Counted from the first letter of the stretch, positions 29,743 through 40,491 are shown. The stretch is 64,000 bases of DNA from Minisyncoccota bacterium (GCA_041675085.1 JBAYUN010000001.1:170364-234363), one strand, 5' to 3'. Made by a program: numbers and translations. The notes: generated by a model not told the origin, from the letters alone.

Positions 29743-29755
29743 ATAACTTTATTAA

Positions 29756-30127
29756 TTAATCTTCAACTTGTAAATTCTTCATCATTGTTCTTCTAATCTT
29801 ATTATCTGGAAGCATTTTAAAAACAGCAAGACTTACTAATTCTTTCATGCCTTTTGTCGCTTTTGTATAAGTACCGGTTAGGATACGAAGACCACCTGGA
29901 TAACCTGAATATCTAGTATGATATAATTCCTCCAATTTTTTATTAGTTATTTTGATTTTAGAAGCATTCACAACATCCACAGGTGAACCTGAGTATTTAT
30001 GTCTTTGGAAAGATGCTTTGTCCTTGCCAAGCAATACAGCAGCAATTTCAGTTGCAACCCTTCCTAGTGTTTTACCACTCGCATCAATTATTTTTTTGTC
30101 TTCTGTTGTTTTTACTTCTTTTTTCAT
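29756..30127 (-). CDS. rplM: 50S ribosomal protein L13
   Basis: IDASGKTLGRVA, SGYPGGL, MLP. Confidence 0.95.
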   Translation of the reverse strand: MKKEVKTTEDKKIIDASGKTLGRVATEIAAVLLGKDKASFQRHKYSGSPVDVVNASKIKITNKKLEELYHTRYSGYPGGLRILTGTYTKATKGMKELVSLAVFKMLPDNKIRRTMMKNLQVED

Positions 30128-30149
30128 TTTAGTAATAAATTATTTTTAA

Positions 30150-30503
30150 TTATACAAATTCGATATAAGCCATCTCTGCACTATCTGACTTTCTCGCTCC
30201 TAATTTCAAAACTCTTGTGTAACCTCCTTTTCTGTCTGTGTAATTTGGTGCAATCTTGTCAAAAAGTTTTTTAGTTTCAGCTTTTCTGTTTGCGATCTTA
30301 GACATAACTAGTCTACGCTTTGATAAAGTATCTATCTTAGCGTGAGTTACTAATTTTTCCATAAACGGTCTCAACTCTTTAGCTTTTGCCAAGGTGGTTT
30401 TGATCTTGCCTTTTATTATCAAATTACGAGCAAGAGATTGCATAAGCGCATTTCTTTGGTTTTTATCTCTGCCGAATTTTCTTTTGGTATTGTGGTGTCT
30501 CAT
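30150..30503 (-). CDS. rplQ: 50S ribosomal protein L17
   Basis: MRH, IKTTLAKAKELR, GGYTRV. Confidence 0.97.
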   Translation of the reverse strand: MRHHNTKRKFGRDKNQRNALMQSLARNLIIKGKIKTTLAKAKELRPFMEKLVTHAKIDTLSKRRLVMSKIANRKAETKKLFDKIAPNYTDRKGGYTRVLKLGARKSDSAEMAYIEFV

Positions 30504-30515
30504 AAAATTTTATTA

Positions 30516-31511
30516 TTATTCTTTCAAATTAAGACCGAACTTGGTCAAAACTTTTTTAATCTCGGTAATTCCTTTCTCGCCGATGCCTTCAACTTCTAAT
30601 AAATCTTCTCTTTTCTTACGAGCAAGACCTCCTAGAGTTCTGATATTTGCACCGTTTAATGCGTTCAAAGTTCTAGTAGATAAGTCCAAGCCATCGATTC
30701 TAGTCTTTAGTACATCAGTGAAGTCATCTCCTTTTTCATCTTCTTCTACAACTTTCTCTTCTTCTTTTTCTTCCTTCTTTGCAGTTTTCTTCTTAGCTTC
30801 CATAATCTCTTCAACTTCTTCTTCTTTGAAATCAACGATAGCCTTAAGTTGATTGATCATGATTACTATAGATTGAGAAAGAGCTTCACGAGGAGTCATA
30901 GTACCGTCAGTCTCGATAGAGATTCTTAGTCTGTTGTGGTTTGTATTGTCTCCTACGCGCATATTTTCTACTTCGTATGAAACTCTACGGATTGGAGTAA
31001 ATATTGCATCTACAGCAATTGTACCGATTTCTACTTTTTCTTTTTGCATCATTTCTTTTGAAATGAAACCTAGACCTTTTTCGATTTTAAGTTCGATGTC
31101 TAGATTGATTTTACCAGTAACGGTAGCAATGTATAATTCAGGATTAAGTATTTCTACTTGTCCACTTGTAGTTATAGATGAAGCAGTTACTTCTTGAGGG
31201 CCTTTTACAGAAAGATTAACAGTTTGAGGTTCGTCTGTATTCATCTTGAAACGAAGTTTCTTTAGGTTCAAAATAAGAACAATGATATCTTCTTTGATAC
31301 CTTCTACTGTTTGAAATTCATGACTAACACCGTCGATCTTTATAGATACAACACTAGCGCCAGGTAATGATGAAAGAATAATTCTTCTAAGAGAATTACC
31401 GAGCGTATGTCCATAACCAGGATATAAACCATCTATTTCAAAAACTCCTTTGTTCCCTTCTTCTAAAACAGCTTTTGGTTTTGAAGGCATAATTATTTTA
31501 TATTCAGGCAT
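30516..31511 (-). CDS. rpoA: RNA polymerase subunit alpha
   Basis: GYGHTLGNSLRRIILSS, DAIFTPI, alpha-CTD. Confidence 0.97.
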   Translation of the reverse strand: MPEYKIIMPSKPKAVLEEGNKGVFEIDGLYPGYGHTLGNSLRRIILSSLPGASVVSIKIDGVSHEFQTVEGIKEDIIVLILNLKKLRFKMNTDEPQTVNLSVKGPQEVTASSITTSGQVEILNPELYIATVTGKINLDIELKIEKGLGFISKEMMQKEKVEIGTIAVDAIFTPIRRVSYEVENMRVGDNTNHNRLRISIETDGTMTPREALSQSIVIMINQLKAIVDFKEEEVEEIMEAKKKTAKKEEKEEEKVVEEDEKGDDFTDVLKTRIDGLDLSTRTLNALNGANIRTLGGLARKKREDLLEVEGIGEKGITEIKKVLTKFGLNLKE

Positions 31512-31550
31512 ATTTTATAAAAAATTTAAATAATAATAAATTAAAAAAAA

Positions 31551-32153
31551 TTAACGACTATAGAATTCAAGCACGGCATTTAAATCAAGGAAAGTTTCTG
31601 TATTCTTCGGTTTAGAGACGATTTTTCCTTCCATTGTATTTTTATCAAAAGAAACCCAAGCTGGTGCAGTATAATCTTTAAGTCTAGCTTCTAAGTCAGC
31701 AAAAATCTTTTTTCCTTTTGAACCTTCACGAACTTTAATAACATCTCCAACTTTGATTTCATAAGAAGGCACAGTAACTTTGTGATTGTTTACGATAAAG
31801 TGACCATGAGATACCATTTGGCGAGTCGCACGGCGAGATCCACCTAACCCCATTCTGTAGATAATATTGTCTAAACGAGTCTCAAGTACTTCGTAGAATT
31901 TTTCTGCAGTTCCAGCACCTTTGATTTGTGAAGCTTTCTTAACATAGTTTGAAAGTTGCTTTTCTGAAATACCATAAGAGAATCTGATTTTTTGCTTTTC
32001 GATTAATTGAGTACCGTATTCAGAAAGAGCCTTTGGACGCTTTGTGTTTGGTCCAAAAGTAGCAGTAGTAGCAGAAAACTTTGAAGTTTGACATTTATCA
32101 TAAACTCCTGCTCCTAATCTTTTACAAATTTTAAACTTTGGTTTTGTTAACAT
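31551..32153 (-). CDS. rpsD: 30S ribosomal protein S4
   Basis: SEYGTQLIEKQK, LETRLDN, RQMVSHGH, EFYSR. Confidence 0.97.
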   Translation of the reverse strand: MLTKPKFKICKRLGAGVYDKCQTSKFSATTATFGPNTKRPKALSEYGTQLIEKQKIRFSYGISEKQLSNYVKKASQIKGAGTAEKFYEVLETRLDNIIYRMGLGGSRRATRQMVSHGHFIVNNHKVTVPSYEIKVGDVIKVREGSKGKKIFADLEARLKDYTAPAWVSFDKNTMEGKIVSKPKNTETFLDLNAVLEFYSR

Positions 32154-32185
32154 AATTTTACTTTATAAATTTACTTAATAACTAA

Positions 32186-32617
32186 TTAAACTCTTCTAGG
32201 TTTCTTTGGTTTCGGACCATTGTGTGGTACTGGTGTAGCATCTTTAACTGAATTGATTTCTATGCCATAAGCCATAAAAGCTCTAACTGCTGGTTCACGT
32301 CCTGAACCAACTCCACGGATAACAACATCAGCTTCTTTCACTCCGATATTAGCAGCCTTACCTCCTACGATATCTCCTACTTTACCTGCTGCGAAAGGAG
32401 TACCTTTCTTAGCACCTCTAAAACCAAGACTTCCAGCAGAAGACCAAAATAACGCATTACCAGATTTATCAGCAAAAACAACTTTTGTATTGTTAAAAGT
32501 TGCTTCCACATTCAAAATACCTGAAGTTATTTTTTTCTTTGGTGCTTTCATTGTAGATGGAGCTTTTACTTCTCCTTCTACTTTTTCTTCTTCTTTTGTT
32601 TCGTTTGTTTTTGCCAT
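32186..32617 (-). CDS. rpsK: 30S ribosomal protein S11
   Basis: ATFNNT, KKGTPFAA, TPVPHNG. Confidence 0.97.
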   Translation of the reverse strand: MAKTNETKEEEKVEGEVKAPSTMKAPKKKITSGILNVEATFNNTKVVFADKSGNALFWSSAGSLGFRGAKKGTPFAAGKVGDIVGGKAANIGVKEADVVIRGVGSGREPAVRAFMAYGIEINSVKDATPVPHNGPKPKKPRRV

Positions 32618-32628
32618 ATTAGTTAAAA

Positions 32629-33009
32629 TTATGTTTTACTTTCTTTTCTCTTACCTGATGCCATAGTGTTTCTTACGTTGCCACGGACTGTTCTTGAATT
32701 TGTCTTTGTTCTTTGTCCTCTGACTGGTAGTCTCTTGATGTGACGGATACCTCTATGACTTTTAATATCTTTTAATCTTTTGATGTTTGAAGATATTTCT
32801 CTTTTTAGATTTCCTTCTATAGTGATACTTTCAACAATAGTACGGATTTGGTTTTCTTCATCTGGAGTTAAATCTTTAGATTTCTTGCCGTAATCAATGT
32901 TAACTTGATCTAATATTTTTCTTGCTTTAGAAATACCTATACCGTAAAGGCAAGTTAGTCCTATTTCAAGTCTTTTTTCATTTGGTACTGTGATTCCTAG
33001 AATTCTCAT
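32629..33009 (-). CDS. rpsM: 30S ribosomal protein S13
   Basis: YGIG, LPVRGQRTKTNSRT. Confidence 0.97.
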   Translation of the reverse strand: MRILGITVPNEKRLEIGLTCLYGIGISKARKILDQVNIDYGKKSKDLTPDEENQIRTIVESITIEGNLKREISSNIKRLKDIKSHRGIRHIKRLPVRGQRTKTNSRTVRGNVRNTMASGKRKESKT

Positions 33010-33013
33010 ATAA

Positions 33014-33124
33014 TTATTGTTTTTGCTTATGCTTAGGATTAATACAAATCACCAATAAATGGCGGTTACGTTTAACCATCTTACAATTATCACAAATTTT
33101 CTTTACTGATGCTTTTATTTTCAT
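33014..33124 (-). CDS. rpmJ: 50S ribosomal protein L36
   Basis: Manual translation [36 protein letters not shown]. Confidence 0.95.
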   Translation of the reverse strand: MKIKASVKKICDNCKMVKRNRHLLVICINPKHKQKQ

Positions 33125-33241
33125 AAATTTACTATTACTTATATATATTACAAAACAAAACAAATAAGGGATAAGCCTTATTTTTTAAATACTTTTACCT
33201 ATTTAAAACTATAAGTCCTATTATATACTATTTAAAAAAAA

Positions 33242-33463
33242 TTACAACCTTTTTATAATTCTTCCTTTACCACCATAAGGATCTAGCAGAACTTCCACCT
33301 GATCTCCTATTAAAACTTTAATTCTATGCAGTCTCATTTTTCCGCCAAGATATGCTAGAATTTCGTCACCTTCATCTATCTTTACACGAAATAAAGTAGA
33401 AGGTAAAGCTTCGGTTATAAATCCTCTTTTTGTTAGAGGTTTGTCATTTTTTATATCACTCAT
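33242..33463 (-). CDS. infA: Translation initiation factor IF-1
   Basis: EALPSTLFRV, GKMR..RIKVLIGD. Confidence 0.96.
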   Translation of the reverse strand: MSDIKNDKPLTKRGFITEALPSTLFRVKIDEGDEILAYLGGKMRLHRIKVLIGDQVEVLLDPYGGKGRIIKRL

Positions 33464-33514
33464 TGCAACTAGAATATCATACTAAAATAAATAAATTTAG
33501 TCAAATAATTTGAC

Positions 33515-34819
33515 TTATAACTCTTTAGGATAATTAATTTCTACTTTTATTGCATCGACTTTGTCTGGAATATCGCTCTCCCAGATAGGCTTGATAACTA
33601 GATCAGCTGAATCTATATTTTTATAAGCAGATAGTATGTTATTGAAATCTTTCTTCTTTTTACCTTTTAAATCAGAAAGAATTTTATTTTTTTCAACCAA
33701 AGAAACCACACTAACAGGTCCGACTAATTTGAAAGTAATACTCTTAGTGTCTACAAAAGAGATCTCTTTATCAGAGAGGGAAAAACTCAAATCTTCAAGA
33801 TTTTGAATATAAATATTTCTATCTTTTTCTGCTGGGAATTTAATATTCATAATCTCATTTATAAGATTAGTCTCTTTAAACAAGAAACCGTACAGAGTAC
33901 CTTTGACTGAAAAAGGGACTGTGCCTACTTCAGTACTAGCTTCTTCCAGGTTTGAAGCAAATTTAAAAAATGTAGCATCTTTAAATAAGATATATCCTTC
34001 AGGTAGTTGCTCTCTAGCTTTTTGTAATAGTGTAGTCTGAAGATTTGCCTCCAATTCTTTTCTAGCCAAATCTTGATCCTCTAGATTTACTATTTTCTTC
34101 AAACCTTTGAATCCCCCTGAAATTACAGAAGTTGATCTACCGTAAAATTTGCTAGCTTTTGAAGTATTTTTGAAAGCAGATACTACAAAATCTGTAAGTT
34201 CATCATTATAAGCTTCCCCACTTTCAAGTGCAGTCACACCCACTTCCACTGAACCAGGGATACCCAAATCAGACATTCCAGGGATGGATACTTTTGCATC
34301 AGTTTTATAAATTTTACCTTTTGAGGATTCGAGTCTAGTGTTAATATCGAGAGATTGAGGAGATGACGAATATGCATTATATAGTATGACTTTACCTTTA
34401 GCTTTTTCTTCTACGGCTTCTTCCCCGCCTCCTTGTATATTTTTCTTATCTTCGGCTTCTAGTATCATTAATTGATATGATAACCCTGTCTCATTTACAC
34501 TCAAATCTTTCTTGGCGATTATAGTCTCACTTAAGGTAGTACTGATAATTTTTGGATTTATTGATACATGTGCCCGTGCAAAAAAAGAAGAAAAAGTGAA
34601 AAATAAAAATACAATACAAACAATAGCCAAAATCCATAGACCATAGCTATTTGATTCTTTTGGCTCTCTTACCCTAATCCTAGTAACAACAACCTCTTCT
34701 TCTTTTTCAACTTCTGCAACAACTCTCTTCTTGGGTTTTATTTGTACGTCTTTTTGAATTAAGGTTTCTTTCTTTTGTTTTTTAACTGCTACCATATCCT
34801 GAAAGAAATTTTTGGGCAT
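33515..34819 (-). CDS. Single-pass membrane protein with baseplate-J-like extracytoplasmic domain
   Basis: One TM helix, KAKGKVILYN, V.A...GEAYN motifs seen in CPR proteins. Confidence 0.6.
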   Translation of the reverse strand: MPKNFFQDMVAVKKQKKETLIQKDVQIKPKKRVVAEVEKEEEVVVTRIRVREPKESNSYGLWILAIVCIVFLFFTFSSFFARAHVSINPKIISTTLSETIIAKKDLSVNETGLSYQLMILEAEDKKNIQGGGEEAVEEKAKGKVILYNAYSSSPQSLDINTRLESSKGKIYKTDAKVSIPGMSDLGIPGSVEVGVTALESGEAYNDELTDFVVSAFKNTSKASKFYGRSTSVISGGFKGLKKIVNLEDQDLARKELEANLQTTLLQKAREQLPEGYILFKDATFFKFASNLEEASTEVGTVPFSVKGTLYGFLFKETNLINEIMNIKFPAEKDRNIYIQNLEDLSFSLSDKEISFVDTKSITFKLVGPVSVVSLVEKNKILSDLKGKKKKDFNNILSAYKNIDSADLVIKPIWESDIPDKVDAIKVEINYPKEL

Positions 34820-34828
34820 AATTTTATT

Positions 34829-36007
34829 TTATCTAAGAAAATGATTAATGTAAATTGACTCTATCACCAACAATGAATCTCTCATGGTTTTTTCATTTTC
34901 GAAAGATGCTATACCATGCAAAGCTTCAGTCCCGAGAAATATAATACGGAATTTGGACTCGGTCAGAGTGTATTGATTTAATTGTTCTTCTTTTATTATT
35001 TCAGAAAAGAATGGGGCTAGATTTTGGTCAACTGTAATAAAGATAGTAGCTGGGATAGAGATATCGTGAGATAGATTGTTCAAAGATTCTTGAAAAACTT
35101 TAAGCCAATCGTTTTTAAGAACTTTGATAGAATCATTCAATTTTCTGTTGGCGGATTCGGAGATGTGATTATCTTTATAAGCTTGCAAGAAAGAATTAGC
35201 TTCATCTAGGTGAATATCTAAATCTTTTGCTAATCCCCTTGTTATAAAATTGCATCCCACTGGAAAAGAAACAGAGTCTTTGACCACATTCTTTTTTATC
35301 ATTGAAATATCAGTGACTTCACCTCCAATATTGATCAACAAGAACTTGTCTTGATTGATAAACATATCACGTGCTACCACAAAAGAAGCCATTAAAAATG
35401 AGGAGAATTTAATACTATCTGTATGAAAATGCTGCCCAACTATCTCTTCTACCTTTTTTACAAAATCTTCTTCACTAAATGATATAAAGATAGACATATC
35501 CAGACTCTGAGCTTTTTTATCATTAGGATTATCCACTTCATAACCGTTTAAATTCACACTCATAGTCTTCATCTCTATCGGCAAAATCTTGGTTGTAGAC
35601 TCTCCGTGCTTCGACAAATAATCTTCCATCAATAGACTTATCTCTTTTTGAGTCAAAGTATCGGCTAACTTAGCATTGAAAACAAAAGGAGAATTCTTTT
35701 CGAGTTTGATTTCGCGAGTTTCTGAATGAAACCAAGGCGACGACAATACGCAAAAGACCCTCTCAGGCTTGCCTAGACCTTGTTTGCACATTTTTGCTAC
35801 AACTACCTTTAAAGACCTTAGAGTTAGATTCAAAAAATTCTCAACATTTAATTCTTTTTCGAGTAATACAGTCTCACGAGTTGCATAAATAATCCGAGGA
35901 GTACCTGATTCTTGCATCCATACTAGAGCTCCACCTACAGAAGAAGAACCAATATCAAAAACTAGAACAAGTTCGTCTTTCTTTTTTGTTTTTGAAAAAA
36001 ATCCCAT
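34829..36007 (-). CDS. FtsA/actin-fold-like protein
   Basis: FDIGSSSV and INIGGEVTDI phosphate-loop-like motifs. Confidence 0.65.
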   Translation of the reverse strand: MGFFSKTKKKDELVLVFDIGSSSVGGALVWMQESGTPRIIYATRETVLLEKELNVENFLNLTLRSLKVVVAKMCKQGLGKPERVFCVLSSPWFHSETREIKLEKNSPFVFNAKLADTLTQKEISLLMEDYLSKHGESTTKILPIEMKTMSVNLNGYEVDNPNDKKAQSLDMSIFISFSEEDFVKKVEEIVGQHFHTDSIKFSSFLMASFVVARDMFINQDKFLLINIGGEVTDISMIKKNVVKDSVSFPVGCNFITRGLAKDLDIHLDEANSFLQAYKDNHISESANRKLNDSIKVLKNDWLKVFQESLNNLSHDISIPATIFITVDQNLAPFFSEIIKEEQLNQYTLTESKFRIIFLGTEALHGIASFENEKTMRDSLLVIESIYINHFLR

Positions 36008-36055
36008 AGAGATATTATAACCTTTATGAAATTTTTCTCAAAATAAAAATAAATT

Positions 36056-37813
36056 TTATTCCAAGATTGCTTTGATACGGCGAATACCTGAAGCCACAGC
36101 TTCTTCTTTTTGAATTTTGAATTTGCCTATTTCTTTTGTATTTTGTACATGGGGACCACCACAGAATTCTTTTGATACTGGATTGCCACTTTCGTCTTCT
36201 ATAAAATACAGAGACACAACGTCAGGATACTTTGCTCCGAATTCCATCTCGGCACCTATCTCTTCTGCCTCTTTTAGAGGCATTTCACGACGTATAACAT
36301 TAAGCCCAAGATTGATTTTCTCATTTACAAAATCTTCGACTTTCTTTTTTTCTTCATCGGTAAGCTTGTGATCACAAAGGAAATCGATACGTAAACGCTC
36401 TTCGGTAATATTACTACCTCTTTGTTTAATATTTTTATCTACGATTTGTTGCAACCCTGCTAAAAGCAAATGATGTGCGGTATGAAGACGAATAGTCTTT
36501 TCGTTATGATTAGCCAAACCACCTTTAAACATGCCTGCAGAAGCAGTAGCAGAAAGCTTTTGATGCTCTTCCATTTTCTTTTTGAAGTCTTCAATATCAA
36601 TCTTTACACCTTTCTCGCGAGCCAATTCTTCTGTAAGCTCTATCGGGAAACCATAAGTAGTAAATAAAGTAAAAGCGTCACGTCCTTTTTCGAATTCTTT
36701 CAAGCCATTCTCTAATGTTTCTCTAAATTTACTTTCTTCTTTATCTATTTCTTTTTGAATAATTTCTTGATTAGAAGACAGTTCAGGATAAAATTCTTTG
36801 TATTTTTCTATTACAACCTGAGCTATATAAAACAAAGAACCATGTTTAAAATTCAACATATCTCCGTATCGCACAGCTCTACGAAGTAGTCTACGCAAAA
36901 TATATCCCCTTTGATTATTAGAAGGTATTACTCCGTCCCCAATCATAAAAACACTAGTACGAATATGATCAGCTATTATTCTCTTTAATCTTAAATTCTC
37001 TGTACCATTATCTTTATCTGTAAAACTCTCAATTTTATTAAAAATCTCTATAAATAAATCTGAGTCGTAAGCGGTCTTTTTGCCTTGCATTACTGCAGTC
37101 ATTCTTTCTAATCCTGCACCTGTATCTACGTTTTTCTGAGCGAGCTTACCGACAACTTTACCGTCTTTTTTCTCGTATTCCATAAAGACATCATTCCATA
37201 TCTCGATTACTTTCTCGTCTTTAATAGCCTGTAAAAATTCTTCCTGATTTAAATCTCCCACATTACCCTCCATATCATAAAACATTTCAGAACAAGGGCC
37301 ACATGGACCGTTGTCTCCCGGACTCCACCAATTGTCCTCTCCAGGTAAAGCATATATTCTATTTTCTGGAATTCCTAAACTCATCCAAATATCTTTAGAC
37401 TCTTGGTCATAAGATGCATTCTCATCCCCTTGGAAAATAGTAAAATAAAGTCTATTCACATCGAGACCTAAACCTTCTTCTTTGGAGGTTAAAAATTCAT
37501 AAGACCATTTAATAGCTTCATCTTTAAAATAATCACCCAAAGACCAATTGCCCATCATTTCAAAAAATGAAAAGTGGCGATTGTCTCCGATATCATCCAA
37601 GTCTCCAGTACGGACACATTTCTGAACATCAGCAATCCTGTTACCCATAGGGTGAGCTTGCCCGAGTAGATACGGTACGAGTGGTTGCATACCTGCAGTA
37701 TTAAAAAGTACGGAAGGATCATTCTCGGGTACGAGCGAAGCCGAAGGAATTATTTTATGCCCTCTACTTTCAAAAAATTTTAAAAATCTATTTCGTATTT
37801 CTTCTGATTTCAT
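36056..37813 (-). CDS. alaS: Alanine--tRNA ligase (lacks C-Ala domain)
   Basis: TAGMQPL, FFEMMGNWS, GPCGPCSE, DTGAGLER, HTAHH, CGGPH. Confidence 0.96.
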   Translation of the reverse strand: MKSEEIRNRFLKFFESRGHKIIPSASLVPENDPSVLFNTAGMQPLVPYLLGQAHPMGNRIADVQKCVRTGDLDDIGDNRHFSFFEMMGNWSLGDYFKDEAIKWSYEFLTSKEEGLGLDVNRLYFTIFQGDENASYDQESKDIWMSLGIPENRIYALPGEDNWWSPGDNGPCGPCSEMFYDMEGNVGDLNQEEFLQAIKDEKVIEIWNDVFMEYEKKDGKVVGKLAQKNVDTGAGLERMTAVMQGKKTAYDSDLFIEIFNKIESFTDKDNGTENLRLKRIIADHIRTSVFMIGDGVIPSNNQRGYILRRLLRRAVRYGDMLNFKHGSLFYIAQVVIEKYKEFYPELSSNQEIIQKEIDKEESKFRETLENGLKEFEKGRDAFTLFTTYGFPIELTEELAREKGVKIDIEDFKKKMEEHQKLSATASAGMFKGGLANHNEKTIRLHTAHHLLLAGLQQIVDKNIKQRGSNITEERLRIDFLCDHKLTDEEKKKVEDFVNEKINLGLNVIRREMPLKEAEEIGAEMEFGAKYPDVVSLYFIEDESGNPVSKEFCGGPHVQNTKEIGKFKIQKEEAVASGIRRIKAILE

Positions 37814-37840
37814 ATCTTTAGTCGTGTTAATATATTTAAA

Positions 37841-38302
37841 TTAATTCTCTCCGTCGCCTATCATTTTCTTTAGAGGCTTTTCAAAAATTCCCATAAGCAC
37901 AAAAATCACTAATACAAGCAAAGTCGCCACAATAGCCAAACTATAAAAACCAAATCCAGCGGCCATACCAATACCTGCAGTCACCCAGAGTCCTGAAGCT
38001 GTAGTCAGTCCACTAATATAAGAACCTTTGAGCATAATAGATCCTGCTCCTAAGAAACCTATACCAACGATAATTTGTGAAGCCATACGTGATGCATCAA
38101 AACCCGCAACATTACCATATTTCAACACCAAGGCTTCAGATATAAGGATAAATAATGCTGAACCGAGAGAAACCAAGGCATGAGTCTTCATACCAGCTTC
38201 TTTGTGAACTATAAGCCTCTCGAGACCTATCAGAGCACCCAAAAACACAGCTAATAATAACTTTAAAAGCATTTCACTATTTTGTGCAAAAAATTGTTCC
38301 AT
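37841..38302 (-). CDS. MgtC/SapB family protein
   Basis: IGLER, AGMKTH, GIGFLGAG, GLTTA. Confidence 0.92.
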   Translation of the reverse strand: MEQFFAQNSEMLLKLLLAVFLGALIGLERLIVHKEAGMKTHALVSLGSALFILISEALVLKYGNVAGFDASRMASQIIVGIGFLGAGSIMLKGSYISGLTTASGLWVTAGIGMAAGFGFYSLAIVATLLVLVIFVLMGIFEKPLKKMIGDGEN

Positions 38303-38353
38303 TTATTTATTATAGCTTAAAATCAGAAAAAATACAGAAACAACAAAATCAAA

Positions 38354-39535
38354 TTAAACAACTACTCCTCCACCCAAAACTAGCTCAGAATCATAAAAAA
38401 CTACAGACTGACCAGAAGCTACTTTTACAGGTTTTTCAAATACAACTTCAAGCTGATTTTTATTTTTTTTATCATTAATAATTTTACAATTTAAAAATTC
38501 TCCATGATAGCGAATCTGGGCTGTGTAATTTTTATTTTCTTCTGGAGTCTTAGATATCCAGTTTATATTATTTAGTAAAATTTTGTTTTCTGTATTATCT
38601 TCTCCTGTATTTCTTTTTATAGAATAATCTTTATCAGTAGATACAACTAAAATATTTTTCTTAATATCTTTATCTACTACATAATATCTAGCATCGTTTG
38701 CTGTCTTTTTCGTAATATTAAATCCATGACGCTCACCTAAAGTATAAAATACAGCTCCATCATGAGTACCTATCACCTCACCCATAGTATTTAAAACATT
38801 TCCATTTTTAGCTTTAATATAATGTTTTAAAAAATCTTTCAAGTCCACCTGACCCAAGAAACAAATACCCTGACTATCCTTCTTTGCGGCTACAGGGAGT
38901 TTGAATTTTTTAGCCAAAACTCTGACTTGTTTCTTGGTTAAATTACCAATAGGAAATAGAATATTTTTTAACTGTTCTTGTTTTAAAGTCCACAAGAAAT
39001 AGCTTTGATCTTTTGTTGGATCAATACTTTTCCTTAAATAAAAATAGTTTTGGGAATGGTCTGGTTGAGCCGATACTTTTTTAAAATTATGAATCGGCGA
39101 CCCGAGGACCTTTCCAAAACTTTTTTTATTTATGTTCTGAACATAGTGCCCAGTCGCTACATAGTCCGCACCCATCTCTCGTGCTTTATTTAAAAACGCA
39201 CCAAACTTTACTTCGCGATTACACATAACATCAGGATTAGGAGTCCGTCCTGCCTTATACTCATTTATCATATAATCAGCCACTCCCTTTTTGTAAACAT
39301 CTTCAAAGTCAAAAGTAAGAAAAGGAATATCCAAATATGCCGCTACTCGCATAGCGTCGCGACGTTCTTCTTCTTCGTTGCATTCTATAAAATCTGGATG
39401 CCAGGTCTTAATAAAAACTCCTACCACTTCATAACCCTCTTCTTTCAAAAGGGCAGCAGAAACAGAGCTATCAACTCCACCTGACATACCAACGAAAACA
39501 GTCTTATTAAGTTTTTTAGACTTCTTTGTAGTCAT
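38354..39535 (-). CDS. mnmA: tRNA 2-thiouridylase MnmA (with in-frame insertion)
   Basis: MSGGVDSS, TPNPDVMCN, ATGHY, KDQSYFL, DSQGICF, GQ.VVFY. Confidence 0.96.
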   Translation of the reverse strand: MTTKKSKKLNKTVFVGMSGGVDSSVSAALLKEEGYEVVGVFIKTWHPDFIECNEEEERRDAMRVAAYLDIPFLTFDFEDVYKKGVADYMINEYKAGRTPNPDVMCNREVKFGAFLNKAREMGADYVATGHYVQNINKKSFGKVLGSPIHNFKKVSAQPDHSQNYFYLRKSIDPTKDQSYFLWTLKQEQLKNILFPIGNLTKKQVRVLAKKFKLPVAAKKDSQGICFLGQVDLKDFLKHYIKAKNGNVLNTMGEVIGTHDGAVFYTLGERHGFNITKKTANDARYYVVDKDIKKNILVVSTDKDYSIKRNTGEDNTENKILLNNINWISKTPEENKNYTAQIRYHGEFLNCKIINDKKNKNQLEVVFEKPVKVASGQSVVFYDSELVLGGGVVV

Positions 39536-39549
39536 AGACTATTTATACA

Positions 39550-40488
39550 CTATTTTAAATATTTTTCTATATTATCTCTGTGTTCTTTGAAAGTTCTAGC
39601 AAAATAAGTATCTCCTTTTTTATCATGAATATAATAAAGATAAGGTGAAATTTTTGGATTCATAGCTGCAAGAATCGCTTTCAATCCTGGATTAGAGATA
39701 GGATCATCTGGCAAACCACGCTCTTCGTAAGTAATAGGAGCTACGTCGACTTGTAAAGGCATATTTATCTCTAATCTTTTCCACAAAATCCCAGAGATTG
39801 TCTCTCTATCATTGTCTCCACTAGCTTCACCTTCTATTAGTGAGGCCATAATTAAAATTTCTTTTATTCTCTCGTCTTTATTAGGAAGATTATCAAAAAT
39901 AGAGAAAATCTTTTCAGTTCTTTTGGCGAAATTATTATTCATCATTTTAATCACAACTTCTTCATTATCAGAGCTCAAGAAAAAATACGTGTCTGGAAAA
40001 AAATATCCTTCTTTATCGCGAGACTGATTGATAAAATTGTCTTTATTAAAATTATGCAACTTTACCGCAAAAGTTTCAGCAATTTCAGAGATACTGTAAC
40101 CCTCAGGAATAGTAACTCTAATAGGACTAATACCCTTTTCACCTTTGGCTATTCTATTAGCTAATTCTAAGACAGATAACTTTTCTTTAAATAAATAATC
40201 TCCACTAGAAATATTTTTCTCTCCTCCGAAAATTATAATAAAAGATTCAAAGAAAACTCTAGACTCAATAAAACCTTCATTTTTTAATTTTAAAGATACC
40301 GATCTAACACTAGAACCTTTTTCTATAACAAAAATCTGATCTGTCTTAAAAGAAGCTGGTGCTTGAAATAAGAAAAAATAAAAATAAGAAAACAATAAAA
40401 CTAAAAATACAAACACAGAAATAATAAAATATTTAATTTTATTATTTCTTGTACTTGTATTATTTTCTAAGTTTGGGAAATTCTCCAT
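39550..40488 (-). CDS. mltG: Endolytic transglycosylase MltG
   Basis: TIPEG, EGYFFPDTY, ASLIEGE, MPLQVD, GLP..PISNPG. Confidence 0.9.
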   Translation of the reverse strand: MENFPNLENNTSTRNNKIKYFIISVFVFLVLLFSYFYFFLFQAPASFKTDQIFVIEKGSSVRSVSLKLKNEGFIESRVFFESFIIIFGGEKNISSGDYLFKEKLSVLELANRIAKGEKGISPIRVTIPEGYSISEIAETFAVKLHNFNKDNFINQSRDKEGYFFPDTYFFLSSDNEEVVIKMMNNNFAKRTEKIFSIFDNLPNKDERIKEILIMASLIEGEASGDNDRETISGILWKRLEINMPLQVDVAPITYEERGLPDDPISNPGLKAILAAMNPKISPYLYYIHDKKGDTYFARTFKEHRDNIEKYLK

Positions 40489-40491
40489 AAA

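Noticed and set aside
33515-34819. Phage baseplate gene
   Set aside because: It is a single TM-anchored protein in a housekeeping context, with no other phage structural genes.
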